The position numbers were made by a program, and so were the translations under genes. Under the pieces are notes generated by a model, which saw only the letters and a list, made by a program, of their open reading frames with translations, had not been told where the DNA came from and did not search any database. From IMG/VR virus record IMGVR_UViG_3300025133_009608, positions 124,001 through 188,000 of that record: a stretch of DNA of 64,000 nt, one strand, 5' to 3'. Positions 9,727 to 18,595 of this stretch are shown piece after piece (the first letter of the stretch is position 1; the number at the start of each line of letters is the position of its first letter).

Positions 9727-9996
9727 TCATGACCTAATCACTCCATACTTATTCGTATTATTTTTCCAATCTTCCTCAAGATCATATACTGTAGCTTCAA
9801 CTTCTATTTCTCTCAGGCGAAAGGAGTGAAAACTATTATAGCTCAACTTCGTATAATCTCTTCCTCCGCCTATTGATACGCCGATGTGATGCCCGCGCTC
9901 CTCGCACAGACACCGCCTCATATCGCACCTGTGGCGACTATAGATTGTAACCTTACACTCTCGGCAATATAGGGCTGATACTTTTACTTTTTCCAA
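9727..9996 (-). CDS. small Cys/His-rich (zinc-binding) phage protein
   Basis: CRECKVTIYSRHRCDMRRCLC ... GGG ... Y. Confidence 0.7.
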   Translation of the reverse strand: MEKVKVSALYCRECKVTIYSRHRCDMRRCLCEERGHHIGVSIGGGRDYTKLSYNSFHSFRLREIEVEATVYDLEEDWKNNTNKYGVIRS

Positions 9997-10014
9997 TTAT
10001 CTTAATCCTGCTCT

Positions 10015-11043
10015 CTACTTTATAGCCGCTACCAATGACGAGCCAGGCCATACAATTCCCCCGTTCAAAACATATGGCGGATTAGACTGCTTTGGCCTCC
10101 CGTTTCTTGCAATGTAATCTTTGAGTCCTGGAATTGAATCTGAATCTTTTAGCAAGAACAGGGCATATTCTGGCTTAAAAGTATTCATCAAAGCAAACTC
10201 TTCGAACCTGCCTTTCAGTGTTGCTACCATTTCCTTTAAAGCATCCACTGAAGATATTGACTTACCATATAGATTCTCTAACTCAACAACCTTATCTGCA
10301 TAAGAATCATAGTCGATTCCCCCTATTTCGGAGTAAACTTTAAATACATGATCGCAAAGACCCGGATCGAAATCTAGGGAATATCTCATGGAATATTTAA
10401 ATGCGCGGAGTGCGTTAAAAATACGAGAAGCTATTGACCCGCCATACGCCTTGTCATCGTTCATTTGAAGCTGGAGATCTTTAAACGCAGAATCAATTCT
10501 ATCGTCATAGTATAAGACCCCAGACTTCCATGCGGCCATTGAGTTAATAAAGTCAAATGAACTTATTAAGCTCTCAGGAGATTCTGGCTCTGCCTTTATA
10601 AACTGATACTGTCCGACTCCAAATACGTTGGGGGCCATCCGAAATGTATTTGCCCACCGACTCGCTCTTGAAACTCCAAGGGCTCCGAGTGTTGGAGAAA
10701 AGTAATCCCGACCCGAAAGAGGGACGGCAACCGAGTTTGCCGTAGGTGGTGATATATCTCCAATCAATGGGTTATTTTCATCATTACTACTATGAATTTT
10801 ATGGCCCTTTAAAAACCAGCAGTCAACATCTCCAAAGACTGGCATCCCAGATGTTTTAGGGTTTCTCTCCACTCTTCTCTCAAAGTATTTCCATCTATCG
10901 TCCGTATCGTATAGAGTGACGGACAAATATACAGAAAGGATAGAGCCACCGGCAATTACTGGGTCTAGCTCTTCGAGCTTTTTTGAGTTTATTATCTTAG
11001 AAACAAGTCGATTAACTCTATCGCTCTTAATTGTTTTTATCAT
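10015..11043 (-). CDS. divergent class II nucleotidyltransferase (CCA-adding/poly(A) polymerase-like)
   Basis: VIAGG ... GDVD (DxD) ... FDFINSMA (cf. RDFTINAMA) ... LRAFKY (cf. LRAVRF). Confidence 0.6.
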   Translation of the reverse strand: MIKTIKSDRVNRLVSKIINSKKLEELDPVIAGGSILSVYLSVTLYDTDDRWKYFERRVERNPKTSGMPVFGDVDCWFLKGHKIHSSNDENNPLIGDISPPTANSVAVPLSGRDYFSPTLGALGVSRASRWANTFRMAPNVFGVGQYQFIKAEPESPESLISSFDFINSMAAWKSGVLYYDDRIDSAFKDLQLQMNDDKAYGGSIASRIFNALRAFKYSMRYSLDFDPGLCDHVFKVYSEIGGIDYDSYADKVVELENLYGKSISSVDALKEMVATLKGRFEEFALMNTFKPEYALFLLKDSDSIPGLKDYIARNGRPKQSNPPYVLNGGIVWPGSSLVAAIK

Positions 11044-11329
11044 GGTCGCCCTGCTCCAAAACAAATATATCTTTAATATTGGATAAATTATTTACTATAT
11101 CCGATAGCCTCAAGTCAACCTTGAATCTTGCAGCCTCAGAGGATATCTCTCTTCCTACTGCAACCTCTTTAAGGTCAGAGATGATAACCCAATTCCAATT
11201 ATCTCCGCCTTTAGTAACAATGGCAGCTACCTCTTTTCCATCTTCTGTATTTCGAACAAACATGCCCTCATGTCCAACCGGCGTTCGGAGCTTCCATTCG
11301 TTTATTATTTTATTTTCAATTGCCATCAA
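11027..11329 (-). CDS. hypothetical protein
   Basis: coupled ORF. Confidence 0.7.
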   Translation of the reverse strand: MMAIENKIINEWKLRTPVGHEGMFVRNTEDGKEVAAIVTKGGDNWNWVIISDLKEVAVGREISSEAARFKVDLRLSDIVNNLSNIKDIFVLEQGDHDKNN

Positions 11330-11570
11330 GACTGCCCCCTCTGCTTTTTATTGCTCTGAGCCGGTCCAATATCCAAAGATCTGGCTCTCCACTTCTACAT
11401 TTTGCTATCCCATAAGGCATTTCTTCCATATACACCTCAAACAATTGCTCATAGGCTTTTGAATGAAGAAATGACTCAGAACTCTCATCGCCGCATAGAA
11501 TTAGTTCTATCTTAATAATATCTTCTGGGTCAAGAATCTCTAAAAGATCTTTATTAAAACATAGATCCAA
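11316..11570 (-). CDS. hypothetical protein
   Basis: coupled ORF. Confidence 0.7.
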   Translation of the reverse strand: MDLCFNKDLLEILDPEDIIKIELILCGDESSESFLHSKAYEQLFEVYMEEMPYGIAKCRSGEPDLWILDRLRAIKSRGGSLDGN

Positions 11571-11596
11571 CTAATTAACCCCAAGTAATAAGAAAA

Positions 11597-11999
11597 GGTG
11601 GACCCGGCGGGAGTCGAACCCGCGTCCAGAAAGTTTTAAAAGTTAAGTCATTCACAGGTTTGTTTAGTTAAATTTCCAAACTAAAAAGGTAGCAACAAAT
11701 TTCCCGCTTCTATGTTGCCTCGAAATCCACCTGATACAAAAGGTATCCACCTATCTCTAAGTGAAGTAAGCTTGTGCCAGGGAACCATTTTTGATTTTTT
11801 ATTTTCGTAGGATCTCTACCTATTATTCAATTTTGGGTAATAAGGTTATTGAAAACCCCACCACTAAGCAGCTAAAGCTGCGGCGTAGAAGTGATTATTG
11901 TTATTTGCAATTATCGTTTTGATGAACCTTTTAGCTTGAATCATCATTAAAGCACCTGCACTCTATTTCTCTGCTCCCTGTCGAAACCGTTACGAGCCC
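11597..11999 (-). ncRNA. ssrA: tmRNA, tag peptide ANNNNHFYAAALAA
   Basis: 5' GGGCTCGTAACGGTTTCGAC; 3' GGACGCGGGTTCGACTCCCGCCGGGTCCACC; G3-U70 alanine identity pair; tag ORF 11864..11908 ending ALAA-stop. Confidence 0.95.
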
Positions 12000-12449
12000 T
12001 TATTTTGTTAACTTGTAGATACAAAAATTATTCTTATATTCTTTTACGATTGGAAGATCTAAAAGCACATTCCTTTGAAAGCCTCGGCTTGTCTCTCCCT
12101 CGCTTTTTATATCGCGCCTAACCGCAATATAGGCAACCCCATCACTGCTTAAGAGTGATTTGATCTTATTTATAAGAAGCCCCTCTTGACTCTGCTTTAT
12201 TACATTAAAAACATAAGTGCAAAAGATCGTATTATAACTATTCTCCTTTCCGGCTAATGAGACTGGATTCCAATGAGGATCATAAGAATCTGTCATCAAA
12301 TTAATATTGCACAAATGCTTTGCATCAGCACCCTTTCCACATCCATAATCTATAATTGGAAGTGAAATGCTATCGTAAAAATTATTAAGAATATACTTGA
12401 GCGGGGCGCTCGGGCCACTTCGGTTTATCGCAGTATTATGGCTAGTCAT
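12000..12449 (-). CDS. class I SAM-dependent methyltransferase
   Basis: IIDYGCGKGAD motif I; YDP; YNTIFCTYVFNVI. Confidence 0.8.
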   Translation of the reverse strand: MTSHNTAINRSGPSAPLKYILNNFYDSISLPIIDYGCGKGADAKHLCNINLMTDSYDPHWNPVSLAGKENSYNTIFCTYVFNVIKQSQEGLLINKIKSLLSSDGVAYIAVRRDIKSEGETSRGFQRNVLLDLPIVKEYKNNFCIYKLTK

Positions 12450-12468
12450 GTCAACTCTTTTTTTTCTA

Positions 12469-12663
12469 TTAAAAGATAAGGTTTGCTTTCTCTATCAGCC
12501 TTCTTGCATCTTCCGCTGATACAAATCCAAGAAGATCCTCCATTACGTCCTCGTCGCTTGTCATTTTTTCAGATACAGAGTCAATTATATCTGCCTCTTC
12601 GTGCATCTCAAGCTCGTCCAATCGGGTAGCCAAAGAGATGAGTTTTGATATATTTTTATTCAC
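12469..12663 (-). CDS. small protein with the recurrent two-helix module
   Basis: ISKLISLATRLDELEMHEEADIID. Confidence 0.75.
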   Translation of the reverse strand: MNKNISKLISLATRLDELEMHEEADIIDSVSEKMTSDEDVMEDLLGFVSAEDARRLIEKANLIF

Positions 12664-12859
12664 CCTCCTCTCCTTCGATGACCTTTATTGGCTCCTCGGA
12701 GTCATCGACTGCCTTTTCCATATCATTTAAAAAAGCTGACAGCTCGCTATCAGAAAACTGATCCATATACATAAAGCCTTCATCGCTTTTCCATATTAAA
12801 TACTGATATCTTACATGCTCTCCTTTTTTTCTCTTAGTCATCATCTCCTCCGTTGTCAA
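12656..12859 (-). CDS. hypothetical protein
   Basis: coupled ORF. Confidence 0.65.
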   Translation of the reverse strand: MTTEEMMTKRKKGEHVRYQYLIWKSDEGFMYMDQFSDSELSAFLNDMEKAVDDSEEPIKVIEGEEGE

Positions 12860-13037
12860 TGAATGGCAAAGCGCTATCTTCCCCTAAAGGCACCAGCCCG
12901 ATGGAGGTGGCTACCTCTTTGATTTCCGTATAAGCCTCAAGGATAAGCTCTCGATAGTGTGTTGATACCCACCCATCATTACGGGGAGAGGTGGCCTCCA
13001 TTCTCCAGTTTTTAATCTTTTTTCTTATGTCTTTCAT
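12834..13037 (-). CDS. hypothetical protein
   Basis: GGAGG RBS. Confidence 0.7.
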   Translation of the reverse strand: MKDIRKKIKNWRMEATSPRNDGWVSTHYRELILEAYTEIKEVATSIGLVPLGEDSALPFIDNGGDDD

Positions 13038-13066
13038 GAGAAACCCTCCTTCTTAATAAGAAGTTA

Positions 13067-13918
13067 TTAGTAACTCCTGAAGTCTCTAATATCGAATTCT
13101 CGCCCTAGAGTTTTTCGAATACTGCCAAGCGCCCTGATCTCCATCTTTCTCGCCCACTCTCTAGAGATCTTTAAATCAGCTGCTAACTCCCGCAGTGTTT
13201 TTTTCTTATCCGAAAGGAATCGCTCTTTTACAATGTATCTCTCATCGTCGGGGAGTCGACTCAGAGCCGCCCCTATTGCTAGGGATAAGGCGACTTTTGA
13301 ACTCTCCTTCTCTACCTTGTCCTCCATTGTACCCTCATCAACCAGTAAGTCCTGCATTGTTGCGCCATTAGACTCATCTCCGATCGGAGTGCTAAGAGAT
13401 GTGTCATGTCCAGATAAGGCCTTTTGCATTTCCACAAGATCGGGGATCGAAACCCCCAGCAGATCGGCGATTCTAGTGGTTTTTTTATCCCCACACAATC
13501 CTTCTTTTTCCGCCTTTAGGCGTGCCTGGGTGATTCTAAAGAAAATGGCCCTAGAACTCCTGGTCGTTGCAAGGCGCACTATGCACTTTCGATCCATCAT
13601 GTGCCGCTTCATATAGGCGTTTGCCCACATCATTCCGTAGGACAAAAAGCTTGCGCCCTTATCTGGATCATAAGACTCCGCCGCCCGAAGCAAGCCAGCC
13701 ACCCCCTCTTGCATTAAATCTTCAAACGATGAGGCTACATTTTTTGAAGATAGCTTCCAAGCCTCCCTTGAAACTAATCTCATGTTTGAGAAAATTACAG
13801 CATCAAGAGCCTTTTTGTCTCCATCCGACTGCCAGATAGCTATAAGCTCCTTTTGCTTGTCATGAGGCATTGGGGGGTTTTCTGACAAAACCCTAGAAAG
13901 ATAAGATGAGTGTAGCAT
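13067..13918 (-). CDS. RNA polymerase sigma-70 family factor (RpoH/RpoD-like, regions 2-4)
   Basis: SNMRLV, DLMQEG..GLL.A...YDPDKGASFLSY, SLSTPIG, HTH TLRELA..LKISREWARKME; exact start uncertain. Confidence 0.92.
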   Translation of the reverse strand: MLHSSYLSRVLSENPPMPHDKQKELIAIWQSDGDKKALDAVIFSNMRLVSREAWKLSSKNVASSFEDLMQEGVAGLLRAAESYDPDKGASFLSYGMMWANAYMKRHMMDRKCIVRLATTRSSRAIFFRITQARLKAEKEGLCGDKKTTRIADLLGVSIPDLVEMQKALSGHDTSLSTPIGDESNGATMQDLLVDEGTMEDKVEKESSKVALSLAIGAALSRLPDDERYIVKERFLSDKKKTLRELAADLKISREWARKMEIRALGSIRKTLGREFDIRDFRSY

Positions 13919-13925
13919 GTTTTCT

Positions 13926-14147
13926 CTATTTAAATATGGAATTGTGGCGGGAGATGGAGACTGTAACTGTGTTATCAACCGATGCAATCACTTTTGTCCC
14001 AAAGGAATTAGCGGGGTAATTTTTCTCATAATCATCAATCCAAGATTTGATCTGATATCCAAAGCCTGTTATAGATGTAGTTGTTTTCTTTTTTGTCTTT
14101 TCAGTCCAATTTATCTTAAACATATCCATGATTGTCACGCGGGCCAA
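13926..14147 (-). CDS. hypothetical protein
   Basis: coupled ORF. Confidence 0.6.
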   Translation of the reverse strand: MARVTIMDMFKINWTEKTKKKTTTSITGFGYQIKSWIDDYEKNYPANSFGTKVIASVDNTVTVSISRHNSIFK

Positions 14148-14470
14148 GTATGGTAATGATTATCATCATCAATTATTGTTAATTCGTTAACCCTTGAAAC
14201 TCTCCACCCCAAGGAGCTCCAAGACTTTGCCCGAGGATAGTAAGCAGAAATAATATTTATTATCTTTTTCTCTCTAGAGTCAGAGTACGCGGCCTTACCG
14301 CTATTCTTATCTGCTGGCCAACAAGCTTCTCTCGCAAGAAGGTTAGAGGGAAATACTCCAGACCCAGACAGGGTGAATGAATATCCGATATGACTTATTG
14401 TGTCAGGACGAATGTGATCGCCCACCTCATCTGATTCATAGTATGGAATTAAAGCGTCATTCGTTCCCAT
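14135..14470 (-). CDS. hypothetical protein
   Basis: coupled ORF. Confidence 0.65.
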   Translation of the reverse strand: MGTNDALIPYYESDEVGDHIRPDTISHIGYSFTLSGSGVFPSNLLAREACWPADKNSGKAAYSDSREKKIINIISAYYPRAKSWSSLGWRVSRVNELTIIDDDNHYHTWPA

Positions 14471-14811
14471 TGTCCCTCCCAGTTCGTATATCGAACCCTC
14501 TTTACGCCATATCTTCTAAGATACTTTTGGCAGTATTTGCATGGCTTTGCCATTGAGATTTCTCCATTTTTTCTAAATCTAATAACATAAATCTCATCGG
14601 CGATTTGGCTCCCCATCTTTATCAAAAGATCCATCTCAGCGTGGAGATGGTAGCGAACCGTTCCGTCCCGATACCGTCGCATAAACTTTTTAGAACACCT
14701 CTCTGAGTTGACTCCAAAAGTAAGTGCGGCCCCACTCTTAAACCATGCCGCTATATGAAACGGCTGATTATTATTGAGGGCAATTTCTTGAGCTTTAATT
14801 GGATAATACAC
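14449..14811 (-). CDS. zinc-dependent cytidine/deoxycytidylate deaminase-fold protein
   Basis: HAEMDLL ... KPCKYCQ (HAE + PCxxC). Confidence 0.85.
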   Translation of the reverse strand: MYYPIKAQEIALNNNQPFHIAAWFKSGAALTFGVNSERCSKKFMRRYRDGTVRYHLHAEMDLLIKMGSQIADEIYVIRFRKNGEISMAKPCKYCQKYLRRYGVKRVRYTNWEGQWERMTL

Positions 14812-14854
14812 CAGGCATTTGGCCGCTCCTGTTATGGTTGTGAATAAAGATTCT

Positions 14855-15049
14855 CTATGGAATAATTAATGGACTATGCGCCTCTTCTGGAGAGCCTTCT
14901 TGTGGCTCATCGTCGAGCTGGATGATTCCTGCCTCGCCCAAGGCCATTAAAAGCTGAGAAAACATAGCCTCAAAAAACATCATTTTCTCGTTTAACTCTC
15001 GAATATCATTAGACATCGACTGCATCATTAATTCTGTTTTATCGATCAT
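14855..15049 (-). CDS. hypothetical protein
   Basis: co-directional ORF. Confidence 0.7.
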   Translation of the reverse strand: MIDKTELMMQSMSNDIRELNEKMMFFEAMFSQLLMALGEAGIIQLDDEPQEGSPEEAHSPLIIP

Positions 15050-15107
15050 TTAACTCTCACTTATAATTTACTTGGGAACGCAGATTATAAAAATCTCTGC
15101 GGATTAC

Positions 15108-15347
15108 TTATTGCTCCGGAGGCCTTCCACATCGTATCTCCGTTGTCTGAGCGGAATTGTAAATATAAAACAAAGATCCCTCTTCTACGATACACGGAAA
15201 TAATGCCATTGGCATGGAGATATAACTTACTTCGTTTTCAGAGTTAAGCAACTCAACTTCTGCATAATTATTAATTATTTGGTCTACAGAGCCCACCAGA
15301 ACTACGAATAACGCTGCCGTGTGCTGAATATTTATTTTGATATTCAT
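15108..15347 (-). CDS. hypothetical protein
   Basis: coupled ORF. Confidence 0.65.
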   Translation of the reverse strand: MNIKINIQHTAALFVVLVGSVDQIINNYAEVELLNSENEVSYISMPMALFPCIVEEGSLFYIYNSAQTTEIRCGRPPEQ

Positions 15348-15760
15348 AATTTATATTCAAAATTTACAGTTGTACTGTTTTCTCTTAATTTTATAGCATT
15401 ATTTTTTAAATGAAACTTTTCTGCCATCACAGTTTGTGGGGACAGGGTTATTACTCTAAAATCTTTTTTCTTTTCTCGTGCCATATCTAATATAGATTCT
15501 ATGATTTTTCTACCGGCTCCACGCTGATGACTCCAAACTGTATAGGGAGTTATAATCTTCCCGTTGGGATCGGCCATTAGCTCCAAGTCTGAAACCGAAG
15601 CTGGAATATCATTTAAAAATGATATACAAATAAAAGCTCTAAACTCACCGTCTACTATGAGTCCATAAATTCTTCTACCACTACTTGTTCTGAATTCATT
15701 TGAAAGATTCGGCCTTACCGGATCATCCTCTGTTTTTATTTTAAAGATTTCTTTTAACAT
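15344..15760 (-). CDS. GNAT-like acetyltransferase-fold protein
   Basis: YTVWSHQRGAGRKII resembles motif A (Q/RxxGxG); start re-assigned to MLKEIF. Confidence 0.55.
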   Translation of the reverse strand: MLKEIFKIKTEDDPVRPNLSNEFRTSSGRRIYGLIVDGEFRAFICISFLNDIPASVSDLELMADPNGKIITPYTVWSHQRGAGRKIIESILDMAREKKKDFRVITLSPQTVMAEKFHLKNNAIKLRENSTTVNFEYKL

Positions 15761-15832
15761 TATTTTCCACAACTGTATATCAAAAAAGGAGAGAAATTTA
15801 GCACTTCTATTTTCTCTGCTTGTGATCACCAA

Positions 15833-16448
15833 GCCTTTTGGGCCTGTCCCCTTTTCGGGTTAGGTGTAAGCACACCGGAAAGTAAAAACCGTTCACAAGC
15901 TTTCTCCCTGTTCTCGGCCTGTAAAGACCACGGAACAGCACGCCCTACTATCGTCATAATATTCTGCGTTTCTTCGAGTAAGCTGTACACTTCACCTCTT
16001 AGTTGCGCGTTATGTTTTTAACCCTTGGTAGGCCATCCACATAACCCCTTTCGGGACGACAGACTTGCTTCCAAATCCGCCAGAGAGACTTCTATTACCG
16101 ACAGTTAGATTCTAGAGAGGTTTAGCTCCCATTTCCAAGACTTTGTTTCTTGGTTATACCCTTATCCCGCTTCCACGATGAACCTACAAGTCCGTGGATA
16201 CTCTCGGCAGTACTCCTTCAGTGGTATGAAGGCCCATGCGTCGAATCACTAGATGATATTCAAAGCTACCACGCTTCTTTACTCATCCCCTCTCTTAGCT
16301 GGGCGGCAGTGGAGCATAAGAATGCTCCTTTCCCAATCGAGGTTTTCTCTATTGCCTTGGCTTTCGCCGTTGCACTCAAAGATCGGTAATTCCATTTGAG
16401 TTTAAAGACCCGAGAACTGGGGTCTTTATAGTGATGTAAAAGATCAGA
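15833..16448 (-). ncRNA. large (~615 nt) structured ncRNA candidate, GOLLD/ROOL size class
   Basis: no credible ORF; many hairpins (16404-16427, 16359-16368 GAAA loop, 16311-16328, 16135-16153, 16046-16055 GAAA loop, 15908-15938); TATAAT at 16455-16460; adjacent to tRNA-Ser. Family not verified. Confidence 0.7.
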
Positions 16449-16500
16449 AGATATATTATAATACAATTATTACAAATATAATTTAATTTTTTCTAATAAA

Positions 16501-16586
16501 TGGCGGAAGGCTAGGGACTCGAACCCTAAACTGCTTTCACAGCGACGGATTTCAAATCCGCGTCCTAGCCAATTCGGATGCCTTCC
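16501..16586 (-). tRNA. trnS: tRNA-Ser(UGA)
   Basis: GCGGA-TTTGAAA-TCCGT anticodon arm, long variable arm, G73, CCA. Confidence 0.93.
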
Positions 16587-16593
16587 TTTGTGG

Positions 16594-16788
16594 TTAATTC
16601 TCAATAGACCTACTTGATTCATCTTCATTGTCATCTGGGTCGCTGGGTGCGCTCAGCGCAACATAAATTACTTCATTTGTAATGACAGACTCTGGGTCAT
16701 CCCTAAGTGAGTCTAGGGCTTTTTGAAAGGCCTCATCTACAGACGAACCTCTTCCTTTTATTGTGATATTAAACTCATAATTTTTCAC
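16594..16788 (-). CDS. hypothetical protein
   Basis: GTG start; GGAAGG upstream. Confidence 0.65.
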   Translation of the reverse strand: MKNYEFNITIKGRGSSVDEAFQKALDSLRDDPESVITNEVIYVALSAPSDPDDNEDESSRSIEN

Positions 16789-16803
16789 GGAACCCTTCCT
16801 CTT

Positions 16804-17097
16804 CTAGCCATAATCGCGCTCTGTTTCATACTGCCTTCGATATTTATGTTCGACCCACATATTCGGAAGAATATGTTCTCCAAACTTATAATACTTAGTT
16901 GAAGTTTGTTTCCCGGTAATTAAATCACGGATAATAGCAAAAACACACTTGCCGGCCTCGCCCTTACTTAGATCCTCAGAGTCAATCATTAAAAATTTTC
17001 CGTCCGGAAGAACCTGTGCAATGTCTGTTGTTATAGTTACAAGCCGCTCCTCTACTGTTCCATGAGTCCAGCGAATTCTTTCTGCTCTATATCCCAC
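16804..17097 (-). CDS. hypothetical protein
   Basis: GAGG RBS. Confidence 0.7.
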   Translation of the reverse strand: MGYRAERIRWTHGTVEERLVTITTDIAQVLPDGKFLMIDSEDLSKGEAGKCVFAIIRDLITGKQTSTKYYKFGEHILPNMWVEHKYRRQYETERDYG

Positions 17098-17132
17098 AAT
17101 TCCTCTCGCAAAAGTTTATTCCAAATAAATGA

Positions 17133-17209
17133 TGGCGGTTCAGGTAGGACTCGAACCTACGACCCTTCGATTAACAGTCGAATACTCTAACCATCTGAGT
17201 TACTGAACC
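17133..17209 (-). tRNA. trnN: tRNA-Asn(GUU)
   Basis: TTCGA-CTGTTAA-TCGAA anticodon arm, G73, CCA. Confidence 0.93.
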
Positions 17210-17216
17210 TTGTATT

Positions 17217-17474
17217 TTAATGATAAAACGCCTTCTCTTCTAATAGTTCTGACATAATCCACGGAGCCAGTATATCGTAGCTCTCACTTTCGGCATACAT
17301 TCTCGACATTATGTCTGCTATATGTACCTTGCTTACACGTGGGGCTAAAGTTAGCTCTTCGTAAGTTATTTTAAAATCGAGGAGGATCTCCATGATTTCC
17401 TCATTTGATATGTTTTGAACTATCAAATGTAGCGTCAACGAACCAATACACCTTAAATACTCGCTATTGTCCAA
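17217..17474 (-). CDS. hypothetical protein
   Basis: GAGG RBS. Confidence 0.7.
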   Translation of the reverse strand: MDNSEYLRCIGSLTLHLIVQNISNEEIMEILLDFKITYEELTLAPRVSKVHIADIMSRMYAESESYDILAPWIMSELLEEKAFYH

Positions 17475-17535
17475 TTCAACTTTCCTCTGGGCTAATTACG
17501 GGAATAGCGTATCTCAGGCCGTCAGATGTGGCAAG

Positions 17536-17772
17536 CTATTTATTTTTATTCTCTACGGCGACCCTGCGAGAAAGAATTGCCCTCTCAACCTCTTCGGTTG
17601 GAAGATCAAATGAGTCTTTAAGCTCTCTTAGGGCCAGCTCTATTTCGTCCGTCATATCCTCTGGCTCTTCAACATTATAAGTCAAAGGCTCCAAAGACCT
17701 TGTAGGTTTTTTGAAAATATCTCTTAAATTAAAGTGCATCATGCTAAACACAGGGAGTCTCCTTTTTGCCAT
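17536..17772 (-). CDS. hypothetical protein
   Basis: co-directional ORF. Confidence 0.65.
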   Translation of the reverse strand: MAKRRLPVFSMMHFNLRDIFKKPTRSLEPLTYNVEEPEDMTDEIELALRELKDSFDLPTEEVERAILSRRVAVENKNK

Positions 17773-17789
17773 GAGGAAACTATTAGTAG

Positions 17790-17984
17790 CTAATCTGGTA
17801 TATGATTCTTTTTGTATCTAGGATCGGCATCTCGTCCGGTTTTAAATGATTGACGATCTCCGCCCTCCATATACCCCAACTCCTTTTCTAGACCTTCCGT
17901 TGCCCTTCCCTTTGCCTTAAATTTTTTAATCTTAGCGATAAGCCGCTTGATGTGCTGGTTTTGTCGCTCTGCCTTGCTTCCCAT
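17790..17984 (-). CDS. small basic hypothetical protein
   Basis: co-directional ORF. Confidence 0.65.
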   Translation of the reverse strand: MGSKAERQNQHIKRLIAKIKKFKAKGRATEGLEKELGYMEGGDRQSFKTGRDADPRYKKNHIPD

Positions 17985-18145
17985 TTTTTATACTCGTAGT
18001 AGTTATTGTTTTCTTAATTGTGCGAGACACCCGCCCTTCCTAACTAGCCCCAACCAAAAGGCTTTAAAACATTAGAATATACGCTCGCAGTTCCATCCAG
18101 TTAAGCAGCCGCCTATTAAGAGGGGACGGCCGCTTAGGAAAATGT

Positions 18146-18466
18146 TTAGTTTTGCTTCCAAGTACAGTTATTATTTCTCTCGCACTCTTCAATTGCCCGA
18201 AGAATTTGGCACGTGTTAAAGCTGAACGTATCACCCTCCAACTCTCCGCCTTCTGCAAACAACTCAGAGCCACACCTCTGCTCTATAAACTGCCTTGTTG
18301 TTAACTCCTCTTCTGCCCCTGGAGCCGAGAGAAGGTCAGAGGTAGATCTAAGCTGATCAGCAATGCTGTCAGTGCTTGGCGACGATCCCTCAGGAGTCTC
18401 GGCTCCATCGGTTAGTGGCTCTGTGGCAGTTATACAGGCTGCCAGTAAAAATATAACTTGATTCAT
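18146..18466 (-). CDS. putative lipoprotein
   Basis: short signal with LAAC lipobox. Confidence 0.7.
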   Translation of the reverse strand: MNQVIFLLAACITATEPLTDGAETPEGSSPSTDSIADQLRSTSDLLSAPGAEEELTTRQFIEQRCGSELFAEGGELEGDTFSFNTCQILRAIEECERNNNCTWKQN

Positions 18467-18501
18467 ATAATTTTCTCGAAAAAGAGGGTTTGAATGTTAG
18501 A

Positions 18502-18578
18502 TGGTAGGCCCACTCGGACTCGAACCGAGAACATCTTCCTTATGAGAGAAGCACTCTGACCAATTGAGTTATGGGCCT
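18502..18578 (-). tRNA. trnI: tRNA-CAU, most likely Ile2 (lysidine-modified) rather than Met
   Basis: anticodon CT-CAT-AA; acceptor AGGCCCA/UGGGCCU with A73 and C4-G69, C5-G68; no initiator features. Confidence 0.8.
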
Positions 18579-18595
18579 GAATTAAAAGCGCTTAT

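Noticed and set aside
16150-16466. ORFs 16150..16389(+) and 16266..16466(-)
   Set aside because: No RBS and no protein-like motifs; the region is better explained as a structured ncRNA.
18502-18578. tRNA-Met or initiator assignment
   Set aside because: Lacks the C1-A72 mismatch and three G-C anticodon-stem pairs; the acceptor resembles Ile tRNAs.
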